Assembly (NCBI GenBank): GCA_029862165.1
Contig: JAOTXU010000004.1
Location: forward strand, 43,288 to 107,287
Origin: Gammaproteobacteria bacterium
GTDB taxonomy: Bacteria > Pseudomonadota > Gammaproteobacteria > Steroidobacterales > JABDKV01
Direction of reading: 5' to 3'
DNA length: 64,000 bases
A program made the position numbers and the translations under genes. Below the pieces are notes generated by a model. That model saw only the letters and a list, made by a program, of their open reading frames with translations. It had not been told where the DNA came from and did no database searches. Positions 36,168 through 44,230 of this stretch are shown here, in pieces. How positions within the stretch are numbered: position 1 is the first letter of the stretch; each line of letters opens with the position of its first letter.

Positions 36168-38798
36168 TCAACCTTCGTTTTTCACGGCGCCGTCCTGCCG
36201 CGGCGGGACAGGCGCAAAATAGCCAACTACCAGCAATAATGCACCCACTCCGATAAATGACACGATACGGGCGACCGTGCCGCTGTTGCCCAGATCTATG
36301 AGAAACAGCTTGATCACGACCAAAGCCATCAAGGCTGAACCAATCAGCCACAACCAGCGCAGATTCCGCCGCGCACCGAGAACCATGCCACCAAAACCTA
36401 GCAATCCCCAATAGATCGACAACGCAGACTGGACTTCCACCGATTGGCTCAACGAATACTGCCGCCAGGGAATCTGCGCATAGTGGTGCACACCCCGGAC
36501 GATCCCGAGTGTCGTCAATACGAAGGCGACGATACCCAATACCGAAAGCATTGTGGGCTGCCATCGCCTATTACCAAAAGCCTCGCTGGTTTCGTTGATC
36601 CAGACAAATCCTGTTGCCAGCGCAGCCAGAGTGATCAGGTCATAGGGATTAAGCACTGGTAGATAAGGCAGCGGTAATGGGTCGCCTGGCGTATCCAGAC
36701 TGAACGCCAGAATGAACAGAAGGTTGACGGCCAGCAGCACGCCGGCAGCGATGATGTAACTCATTTGTTCCTGGCGCAGCGGCCAGGCAAACAATGGTCT
36801 GGCCAACCAGCACAAGCCGGCCAGTACAGTCAACAACATACTGCTGGCAGCGTTGCTCCAGGTTTCGACCACGATCCACCAGTCGATTTCCCAGACGAGC
36901 AACCAGGCTGCAATCAATACACCGGCAACGTGCCATACCGCCGTTAACCATGACCTTGCGGCAAATGGCTTGAGGATATAAAAATGCGCCGCGCCCGCTA
37001 ACAACCAGGGCACTGTAGAGAAAGACTCCAATGGATGACCACCGACAACCGATCGTCCCAGCAGCGTCACAAACAATAATGGCAGCATAACCAACGATCC
37101 GAAACGTGCCTGCGACCAACTCAACCGTCGACCGAGGAAACTCAACGCGACAGCACTCAAAACGATAAACGTAATGATGACCGGATATTCCATTGAGTGA
37201 CGAACACGGTCATCGATTTCCAGCAGTCCGGTGGCCACCCACCAGCCCATGCCCCATATGAGCATTGCAGCGGATGCCCATTGACCGTAGGAATGATCGA
37301 TGCGCTGCAATTGCCGAGCCGAGAAAAAACCAGCCAGGCTAATCAGTGTGCCACCGAGCACATTGCGGTTCAGGACTGTCAGACCGACATCGTTGTCCCA
37401 GCCGGCGGTGAGAAATGCACTACCGGCAAGCAGAATCAGCGCCACACCGGCGAATCGCGAGAGCAGGCTGGACTGCCGCACACTGAGCCACACCAGTGCG
37501 CTGCCTTCCATTGCCCAGGTGGCCGACGTCCAGCGCGCATCGAAAGCCAGCGGCACTGCGACTGTGGCAAAGGCAACCGACAGCGCGATGTAGGAATCGC
37601 GTAGAAACTGCATGGATTTGTCACGAGTGTGCAACCACCAGGCCATTAAAGCGTAAAAAATAGCCAATGCCGCCGCACTAAAGGCGAGACCATACTCGCT
37701 GTTTCTAAACAGACCTGCCTGCAACGCAATAGCGATGACAGGCGTGCCAAATATCAGAGTGCCGTCGACGATTCCACGCAAACGTGGTGGCTGACGATGC
37801 GCAAACAATATGGCGGCCGCCTGATAGAGCAGGAAATGCGCAATCAGAAAAGCTTCGGCGGTGGCAAAGTATTGCGTTCGATAAAATTTGTAACCCCATA
37901 TCGAACCAATCACGAACGTGAACAGAAAACCAAGCAAATTGAGTTCGCGCCACGACTTGTACCAGGCGATGCCGATTATCGCGAGGTTCAGCAACAGGTA
38001 ATAACTGAACAGGGCCACGTGACTGCCCTGGCCGGTTGACGCCAAAACGGGTGCCAGAAAGCCACCAGTCAATGCAAACACGGCCATCACACGAGCGTCC
38101 TGGATCACAGCCAGCGTTGCAGCCGGAACGGTAATCAGGGCCAGCAACACAAATGCCGGCACCGGTGGCAACAAACCGTACAGACGGAATGCGGCAAAAA
38201 CAGTGAGGTAGATAATACCGACGCCACCGCCCTGCAGACTGAGCGCATAAACACGCATGCGATGACGCAGACGCCAGCCGACGATTAGCAAAACAACCCC
38301 AAATAACGCGGCGAATACCAGCCGCAACCACATCGGGACGTTAAGCAGATTGCGATCGACCGCGTATTTCAGCAAAAAGGCCACGCCAAAAAACGAGACG
38401 ATGACCCCGACCTTGACCGGCACATTGCCGGTGGTGAACCACTCCTTGAGTTTTTCGACCCAAGGATTCGGTACTGTGTCCGATGTACCCGAGCCCAGCG
38501 GCGGCAACGGGCGATCGGCGCGCGACAACCGGACAGATTCCGGTTGAATCTGGTCTTTTTGCTCACGAGCGAGCTCGGGCTCGACATCGACAACAGGTGC
38601 GGTGATCTCTGTTCTTTCTGGCTCAGCGACAACAGGTCGTTCTGGCGCCTGCTGCTGCTCCAGTGTCGTTATGCGGTGTGCCAGACTGCGCAGTTCATAG
38701 AGGAAATAACCGGCCGCGGCGCCGATGAGGATGCCAAGCAGAAAAAAACCGCTGGACATGACGAATAGTCCGATCAGACCACCGACAATAACAAACAA
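36168..38798 (-). CDS. DUF2339-like very large polytopic membrane protein
   Basis: 876 aa. It has an N-terminal TM hairpin, a coiled/charged linker ('LRSLAHRITTLEQQQAPE'), then 20 or more TM helices, the architecture I associate with DUF2339. Its stop lies 3 nt from the EEP start. Confidence 0.7.
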   Translation of the reverse strand: MFVIVGGLIGLFVMSSGFFLLGILIGAAAGYFLYELRSLAHRITTLEQQQAPERPVVAEPERTEITAPVVDVEPELAREQKDQIQPESVRLSRADRPLPPLGSGTSDTVPNPWVEKLKEWFTTGNVPVKVGVIVSFFGVAFLLKYAVDRNLLNVPMWLRLVFAALFGVVLLIVGWRLRHRMRVYALSLQGGGVGIIYLTVFAAFRLYGLLPPVPAFVLLALITVPAATLAVIQDARVMAVFALTGGFLAPVLASTGQGSHVALFSYYLLLNLAIIGIAWYKSWRELNLLGFLFTFVIGSIWGYKFYRTQYFATAEAFLIAHFLLYQAAAILFAHRQPPRLRGIVDGTLIFGTPVIAIALQAGLFRNSEYGLAFSAAALAIFYALMAWWLHTRDKSMQFLRDSYIALSVAFATVAVPLAFDARWTSATWAMEGSALVWLSVRQSSLLSRFAGVALILLAGSAFLTAGWDNDVGLTVLNRNVLGGTLISLAGFFSARQLQRIDHSYGQWASAAMLIWGMGWWVATGLLEIDDRVRHSMEYPVIITFIVLSAVALSFLGRRLSWSQARFGSLVMLPLLFVTLLGRSVVGGHPLESFSTVPWLLAGAAHFYILKPFAARSWLTAVWHVAGVLIAAWLLVWEIDWWIVVETWSNAASSMLLTVLAGLCWLARPLFAWPLRQEQMSYIIAAGVLLAVNLLFILAFSLDTPGDPLPLPYLPVLNPYDLITLAALATGFVWINETSEAFGNRRWQPTMLSVLGIVAFVLTTLGIVRGVHHYAQIPWRQYSLSQSVEVQSALSIYWGLLGFGGMVLGARRNLRWLWLIGSALMALVVIKLFLIDLGNSGTVARIVSFIGVGALLLVVGYFAPVPPRQDGAVKNEG

Positions 38799-38846
38799 GA
38801 TCTTGTTCAGGCATCACCCCCGCTCTTGGCTGCATTGTAGCGTTTC

Positions 38847-39602
38847 TTAGCCGACTAGACCCTCGTACAGCAAGCGCAAGCCTACAATGAACAACAGCAC
38901 GTAGGCGATTTGAAAAAACAATTTATCCGACACACGGCGGTGTAACCAGACGCCGATCGCAACTCCTACCGGTGCCAGTGGTGCCAGCACCAATGAGATC
39001 CAAAGATTGCCTGTATCGAGCAGGCCCAGCCAGCCGTACGGAATCAGCTTTGCGTAGTTGACCACCGCAAAAAACGAAACCGTCGTGCCGACAAAAAGTG
39101 TGCGATCGAGACCCTGGGTCAACAGGTATATGTTGATCGGCGGACCACCGGCGTGCGCTATGAAGCTGGTAAACCCAGCAAGCGCTCCACTGGACATTGC
39201 TGCAACCCGTCCTGCCCGGCGCGCCCGATCCGCAACCCACGCACTCAATCCCAACCAGTGATTGAGCGTGAATATAATTGCGATAACGCCCAGGATTATG
39301 CGTATAGCCGACGCACTGAGATAGCCAAACAGAAGCGTGCCAACCGCGATTCCGATTAGGGCCCCTGGCAACAACGACTTTTGCATGGCGATATTGAGAT
39401 GGTTGCGATACGCCCAAAGCGAGAACAAGTCCATGAGACAAAGCAACGGCAGCAGAATGCCGGCGGCCTGTACCGGCGAGACGACCAGCGCCATCAACGG
39501 CACCGCAGCGACACCCAAACCGCCACCAAACCCGCCTTTGGCTATGCCGAACAACAATACAGCCGGCACGGCAGCCAAATAGAAAAGCGGATCGCTAATC
39601 AT
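38847..39602 (-). CDS. TauE/SafE (DUF81) family anion exporter, copy 1
   Basis: 251 aa, 7-8 TM segments. 'GIAKGGFGGGLGVAAVPLM' and 'AGFTSFIAHAGGPPINIYLL' are the typical duplicated DUF81 motifs. Confidence 0.8.
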   Translation of the reverse strand: MISDPLFYLAAVPAVLLFGIAKGGFGGGLGVAAVPLMALVVSPVQAAGILLPLLCLMDLFSLWAYRNHLNIAMQKSLLPGALIGIAVGTLLFGYLSASAIRIILGVIAIIFTLNHWLGLSAWVADRARRAGRVAAMSSGALAGFTSFIAHAGGPPINIYLLTQGLDRTLFVGTTVSFFAVVNYAKLIPYGWLGLLDTGNLWISLVLAPLAPVGVAIGVWLHRRVSDKLFFQIAYVLLFIVGLRLLYEGLVG

Positions 39603-39612
39603 CTTAGGATTG

Positions 39613-40716
39613 TCAGGCCGAACGCTTGTTACGCAGGTATTCCCGGCCCCGTTCCATCACACGCGCAAACGCGGACTGATCTTTTTCGTCGATGATTTGC
39701 CGCAGACGTCGTAGCGAGACTTCCAACGCATCCAACGCGTCACGCCCGTGCTCGTTGAGTGCCTGGATTTCGTAGTACACCTCGGGACTCTCGCGTGACA
39801 CGCGGCTGGAGACATCCAGCTGCGCATCGAAGGTAGTACTCGAAATTTCGGCCAACCTGGGAACAGATTCGCCGCTTTCGACCAGTGCGTTGAAAAAAGC
39901 GATGTTAAGCGCGTGTGAAAGACCCAATACAAAAGCGATCAGCCTGTCGTGCTCATCCAGATCCATCTCAGCTGTTTCGACCATCGTTGGTTCAAACAGC
40001 GCTCTGGCTTCTGTTACTGCGGCTGGCGCACCGAGATCGATGAATATTACGTGACGGCCGGACAACAACTCGGTGTCGGGGCCGAACATCGGATGCAGCG
40101 AAACCACACGACAACCGGCATTCACTACTGCTTTCAACCCATCTCGGATCGGCGTCTTTAACGAGGCAATATCCATGATCAAACCCGTTGGTTTGATTTT
40201 GGCCAATTCATACAACAATGCGGCGGTAATACCCAACGGGGTGGCAATGATAATCAGATCGTGCGTGAGATCGCAGTTGCGCCAGTCGGCAACATGAGCG
40301 TGCCCCGGAACCGGCCCGGCCGGGTCTGCCACTTCCACATCGAAGCCCTGTGTTGCCAAAAAGTCGACAAACCAGCGACCCATCATGCCGGCGCCACCAA
40401 TTACCAGCGCCCGACGACCGAGACCGTGATCGGTTGCACTGACACGTGCCTGTTCCTGATGCACCAGTGAACTACGAATCAGCCGGCGCATCAGCGATTC
40501 AGCCAGATCGGTCGACAGGCCCAGATTATCTGCTTCTGCCCGTGCGAGTTCGATGACTTCACGCTCGCGTTCGTAATCACGAGTCGGCTGTCCCGCAGCG
40601 CGCTTAAGTGCACCGATGTCGCCAGCCAGCTTGTGACGCTCGGCCGCCAGACGCAAAAGCTGCCGATCGATTTCGGTCAGCCTTTGCCGCAAAGATTCCA
40701 GATTTTTTTCTTTCAA
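39613..40716 (-). CDS. tyrA: Bifunctional chorismate mutase / prephenate dehydrogenase (T-protein)
   Basis: The N-terminal AroQ chorismate mutase is 'LRQRLTEIDRQLLRLAAERHKLAGDIGALK'. The Rossmann motif 'LVIGGAGMMGRWF' and the prephenate dehydrogenase body ('VSLHPMFGP') follow. Confidence 0.9.
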   Translation of the reverse strand: MKEKNLESLRQRLTEIDRQLLRLAAERHKLAGDIGALKRAAGQPTRDYEREREVIELARAEADNLGLSTDLAESLMRRLIRSSLVHQEQARVSATDHGLGRRALVIGGAGMMGRWFVDFLATQGFDVEVADPAGPVPGHAHVADWRNCDLTHDLIIIATPLGITAALLYELAKIKPTGLIMDIASLKTPIRDGLKAVVNAGCRVVSLHPMFGPDTELLSGRHVIFIDLGAPAAVTEARALFEPTMVETAEMDLDEHDRLIAFVLGLSHALNIAFFNALVESGESVPRLAEISSTTFDAQLDVSSRVSRESPEVYYEIQALNEHGRDALDALEVSLRRLRQIIDEKDQSAFARVMERGREYLRNKRSA

Positions 40717-40761
40717 GGACTACGCCGCATCCGAGGGACTCAAGATTGTACCCTCGCAGGC

Positions 40762-41721
40762 TTACGACGAAAGGCTATCGAGCCACTCGTCGTCGGATCC
40801 CTCAATGAGGTCCTCGAACAGATAGGCACCGAGATAACGTTCACCGGTATCGGGCAGCATCGCGAGGAAAACCGAACCCGGTTTGGCGCTCTTGGCGACT
40901 TCGATGGCGGCCGCGAGGGTCGCGCCAGCAGAGATGCCGACAAAAATGCCTTCCTCCCGAGCAAGACGCAACGCCCATTCCTTGCCCGCTTCGTCGGTGA
41001 CCGGTATCAACTGGTCAAGTACGTCAGGATTCAGAACGTCCGGCAGGAAATCGGGGGTCCAGCCCTGAATCTTGTGGGGTTGCCATTCCTTACCACCAAG
41101 CAAGGATGCTGCAGCCGGCTCGGTGGCAATGATCTGTACCTCCGGGCGAGCAAGTTTGATCACTTCGCCGGCCCCGGTCAGAGTGCCACCGGTGCCCCAA
41201 CCCGTGACCCAGTAGTCCAGTCGCCGCCCCGCGAAATCACTGATGATTTCTGCGCCGGTTGTGCTGCGATGATAAGCAGGGTTCGCCGGGTTTTCGAATT
41301 GTCGCGTTAAGAACCAGCCGTGTTTCTCGGCCAGTTCTTCAGCTTTGCGAACCATACCGCTGCCACGTTCAGCGGCCGGTGTCAGAATTACTCTGGCGCC
41401 CATCGCACGCATGATCTTGCGACGTTCGACAGAAAAACTCTCGGCCATTGTTGCAACAAACTGATGGCCCTTTGCTGCGCACACCATCGCAAGCGCGATT
41501 CCGGTGTTTCCCGAGGTCGCCTCGATAACGGTTTGACCACGATCGAGGGTGCCCCTGCGTTCGGCGTCGTCAATGATGGCAATCGCCAGCCGGTCCTTGA
41601 CCGATGCCATCGGGTTGAAAGATTCGATCTTGACGTAGATTTCGGTGTTCTTCGGTGCGATACGGTTAAGACGCACGATTGGCGTCTTGCCGATGGTCTC
41701 GAGTATGCTGTTGTAGATCAT
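40762..41721 (-). CDS. cysK: Cysteine synthase (O-acetylserine sulfhydrylase, CysK/CysM family)
   Basis: 'TIGKTPIVRLN', PLP lysine 'NPMASVKDR', 'TSGNTGIALA', and 'GTGGTLTG' in the phosphate loop. ATG at 41721; the upstream 46 codons are unsupported. Confidence 0.9.
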   Translation of the reverse strand: MIYNSILETIGKTPIVRLNRIAPKNTEIYVKIESFNPMASVKDRLAIAIIDDAERRGTLDRGQTVIEATSGNTGIALAMVCAAKGHQFVATMAESFSVERRKIMRAMGARVILTPAAERGSGMVRKAEELAEKHGWFLTRQFENPANPAYHRSTTGAEIISDFAGRRLDYWVTGWGTGGTLTGAGEVIKLARPEVQIIATEPAAASLLGGKEWQPHKIQGWTPDFLPDVLNPDVLDQLIPVTDEAGKEWALRLAREEGIFVGISAGATLAAAIEVAKSAKPGSVFLAMLPDTGERYLGAYLFEDLIEGSDDEWLDSLSS

Positions 41722-41923
41722 CCCTAAGCTCCTCAAGGTATGAGATGGGCGGTGCTTACGAAATATAGCTGTCTTAGTGGGGATGTGCCACGCATACCCA
41801 CAACCCCGGCCACAACCGACGCCCGACCCAAAATGTGACCCATTTCTCACGACCGCCAAAAAAATTCTTCCCTATATTACTAGTCACTTGGTTTATTGCT
41901 TCACTTCGGGATGAGTTTGATAC

Positions 41924-42628
41924 ATGACTGATCGGCTGAAATTGCCAGAAACGCGCTGGGGTGCTTGCGCAGGTCACCTGATCATTAGCGGCTGTATCTT
42001 TCTGTTGCTCTTTTTGGTAATCGCGCTGTTGCTGTTCCCAGGTGCGCTGTTCCGGGTCGCAGGCGGCATCGATGGGATCAAAATCATTGCCGGCGTGGAC
42101 CTGGTGCTTGGCCCCCTGTTGACCCTGATTATCTACAACAAAGCCAAACCCAGAAAAGAACTGTATCGAGATCTCGCAATGATTGGCACGGTGCAATTTG
42201 CCGCCTTGTTTGCCGGGATGTTTGTAGTATACGAGAGCCGTCCTGCGGTTGTGACCTACGTTTTCGATACATTTCACACGTCGAAAGTCGCTGAGTTTGT
42301 CAAAGCCAAACAAGCCGTTCCTGAATTGAATCTATTGACGCCGAAATTTTATTACCTGGATTTGCCAGAAGACGAACAAGCCGCCATCGCAGTCCTCGCA
42401 CAATATGAGATGGTCGGTGAACAAGCACGCTTGCGTTCTGATCTGTATTTGCCTTTGAGGGGCGACAAGAAAGCGCTGCGTGGTTATCTTAGGGTCGGCT
42501 CACAATCGGCCGCTGAGGTGGCTGATGACTGTTTACTGCGAGAAGTTTCAACACCCTTTGTCATTGAAAAACTGTGCTTTGATGCCGAACGCTTCAAGTT
42601 TTTCAGTTCCCAAGGAGCAAATCCTTAG
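41924..42628 (+). CDS. Hypothetical membrane protein (3 N-terminal TM helices + soluble C-domain)
   Basis: ORF with three clear hydrophobic helices in residues about 15-115. No family recognised. Confidence 0.5.
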   Translation: MTDRLKLPETRWGACAGHLIISGCIFLLLFLVIALLLFPGALFRVAGGIDGIKIIAGVDLVLGPLLTLIIYNKAKPRKELYRDLAMIGTVQFAALFAGMFVVYESRPAVVTYVFDTFHTSKVAEFVKAKQAVPELNLLTPKFYYLDLPEDEQAAIAVLAQYEMVGEQARLRSDLYLPLRGDKKALRGYLRVGSQSAAEVADDCLLREVSTPFVIEKLCFDAERFKFFSSQGANP

Positions 42629-42668
42629 GCAACTGGGCCGGGCACGCCAAACCATGCGTCTTTAGATT

Positions 42669-42692
42669 GCGGTCCCCCTTCGGGGGAACCGC
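42669..42692 (+). terminator. Stem-loop with UUCG loop downstream of 41924..42628 (possible terminator)
   Basis: GCGGTCCCCC-ttcg-GGGGGAACCGC with one bulged base. The T-run is displaced ('TTACAGTATTTTT'), so termination efficiency is uncertain. Confidence 0.4.
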
Positions 42693-42751
42693 TTACAGTA
42701 TTTTTCTGGTCGGGGGTGTAACAACCGTTAACTGACGGCTAACCGGGTTGT

Positions 42752-43294
42752 TCAGAATCCGAAGGCCTGCGTGCGTATCTTGAACTGAATGAATACGACG
42801 CCACCTATGGTCGGGTCGACCTCGTGAGCATTGGCAATATCGTGGACGGCTTTCTTCGGCAGATAAGTCAGGTTCATTCCGACATAACGGTTGCCGATGG
42901 TTACTGCAGGCAAAATGCCCGGGAACGGTCGATAATCATTGATATCCTTGCGTGCCATGAGAAACGCGACAGCGCCGGCATCGAAGTAGAGGCCTCCGAA
43001 GCGGTCCGTACTATATAGGCGGCGCTTCAGGCCTGCGCCGGTCATGTAGGACATGTTCTCCATGCTGTCGACAAAGGCGTTTGCATTCAGCGTCTTTATC
43101 CACGGTGTAGAGCTGTTCATCTCGTATTCCAGTCCCGCCCCGAGGTTGTTCTCGTTCCAGTCGTATTTCGAGTTGACGTGAAAGGACTTGCCATTGATGA
43201 CGACGTCCAGGGATCCCGCTGTGACCGGCGTACTCGACAATGCGAGCAGCAGAACAGCAACGGCGGTGGTTATTGTTGAGTAAAAAATATTCAT
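42752..43294 (-). CDS. pagP: PagP-like outer-membrane lipid A palmitoyltransferase
   Basis: Signal peptide 'AVLLLALSSTPVTA'. The sequence aligns by eye to E. coli PagP. 'SFHVNSKYDWNENNLGAGLE' matches 'TWHARFAYD..RYNERPWGGGFG' (catalytic His). 'NAFVDS' matches 'AFKDS' (catalytic Asp-Ser). 'PFPGILPAVTIGNRYVGMNLTYLP' matches '[24 protein letters not shown]'. The C-terminal residue is Phe. Confidence 0.65.
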   Translation of the reverse strand: MNIFYSTITTAVAVLLLALSSTPVTAGSLDVVINGKSFHVNSKYDWNENNLGAGLEYEMNSSTPWIKTLNANAFVDSMENMSYMTGAGLKRRLYSTDRFGGLYFDAGAVAFLMARKDINDYRPFPGILPAVTIGNRYVGMNLTYLPKKAVHDIANAHEVDPTIGGVVFIQFKIRTQAFGF

Positions 43295-43514
43295 GCTTTT
43301 TATAAAGCAAGCCCCGTGCCAACTTTGTTTTTCGAGTAATAACAAAGACTTGGTTTTTTGCTCGTAAGACACCGTAAAACATTCCGACAGTAACCGTGCT
43401 CATAATCGCCTGTTTAACAATAAAACGGCTTCGCGCGAGCTTACGAAATACGCAACGCAGACGTTCTTTGATCGTTTATTGCAGCGAGTTTGTTTTTGCA
43501 TGACGATGTGTCGC

Positions 43515-43543
43515 AAAAAAAAACGGGGCCCGTTGGGCCCCGT
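43515..43543 (-). terminator. Rho-independent terminator of the DUF937 gene
   Basis: On the minus strand: ACGGGGCCC-aac-GGGCCCCGT followed by T9. It lies 43 nt after the stop at 43586. Confidence 0.75.
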
Positions 43544-43585
43544 TTCGCGCGGTCTGGCCTGTGCCAACCGCGTTGATCATTGTTC

Positions 43586-43999
43586 TTATTTGAAGAATTT
43601 TGAAGCGAGACCGCCAAGACCCTTCAGGCCGCCGATCGAATCCAGCAACTCACCGCCACGGCTGGTCTTATCGACCAACTCAGGCAGAAACTGTGACAGC
43701 TGCTCGGCCGCCTGGTTCTGATCGATTCCAAGCTTGGAGGCAAAATCAGCAACCTGACCCGAACCCAGGGCTGACGTCACCTGATCAGCACTAACGCTCT
43801 CATTGTCGCCGTCGCCCAGCCACGACTTCGCGGCGCCGGCAAGTTCGCCACCCGTGAATTTCTCAACCAGACCAGCAAGCGGTGACCCACCCTCGCTGCC
43901 GCCCAGCAGATTGTCGAGCGCGGACTTGGCTGCGCCCTCATCGGCGTTGCCACCCAATTTGCTCATCAGCATCTGTGTCGCCATATCTTTTAGATCCAT
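43586..43999 (-). CDS. YidB-like (DUF937) protein
   Basis: 'LMSKLGGNADEGAAKSALDNLLGG...LAGLVEKFTGGELAGAAKSWLGDGDNESVSADQV..ALG...V..FASKLGI..NQAAEQLSQFLPELVDK.T' is the DUF937/YidB pattern. ATG at 43999. Confidence 0.7.
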   Translation of the reverse strand: MDLKDMATQMLMSKLGGNADEGAAKSALDNLLGGSEGGSPLAGLVEKFTGGELAGAAKSWLGDGDNESVSADQVTSALGSGQVADFASKLGIDQNQAAEQLSQFLPELVDKTSRGGELLDSIGGLKGLGGLASKFFK

Positions 44000-44230
44000 T
44001 GTTTGATCTCCATCAGTAAAGCAAAAACTAAGTCCTGCCAGTTTAGCCATACGACGCGCAAGATGTTGTTACGATTGGTCAAACAGACCACTCCTGACAC
44101 AACTCTTTACCTCAATCTGACTCAGATTCCTGCTTCGAACCGTTACGGCCCTGGCCGCCATATTGCAGTGCAGGCTTGAATTGCCCTCGTCGTCCGGTAC
44201 CTTGAGCCGGTCACGTTGGGGGAAAAACAA

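Noticed and set aside
40762-41859. N-terminal extensions in track ORFs. Examples: cysK +46 aa, M14 peptidase +44 aa, RidA +43 aa, MBL +50 aa, upp +63 aa, Tat small subunit +47 aa, C13 peptidase +54 aa.
   Set aside because: In each case an internal ATG gives a canonical N-terminus (signal peptide, Tat motif or conserved family start). The extension would overlap the neighbouring gene or intergenic promoter region.
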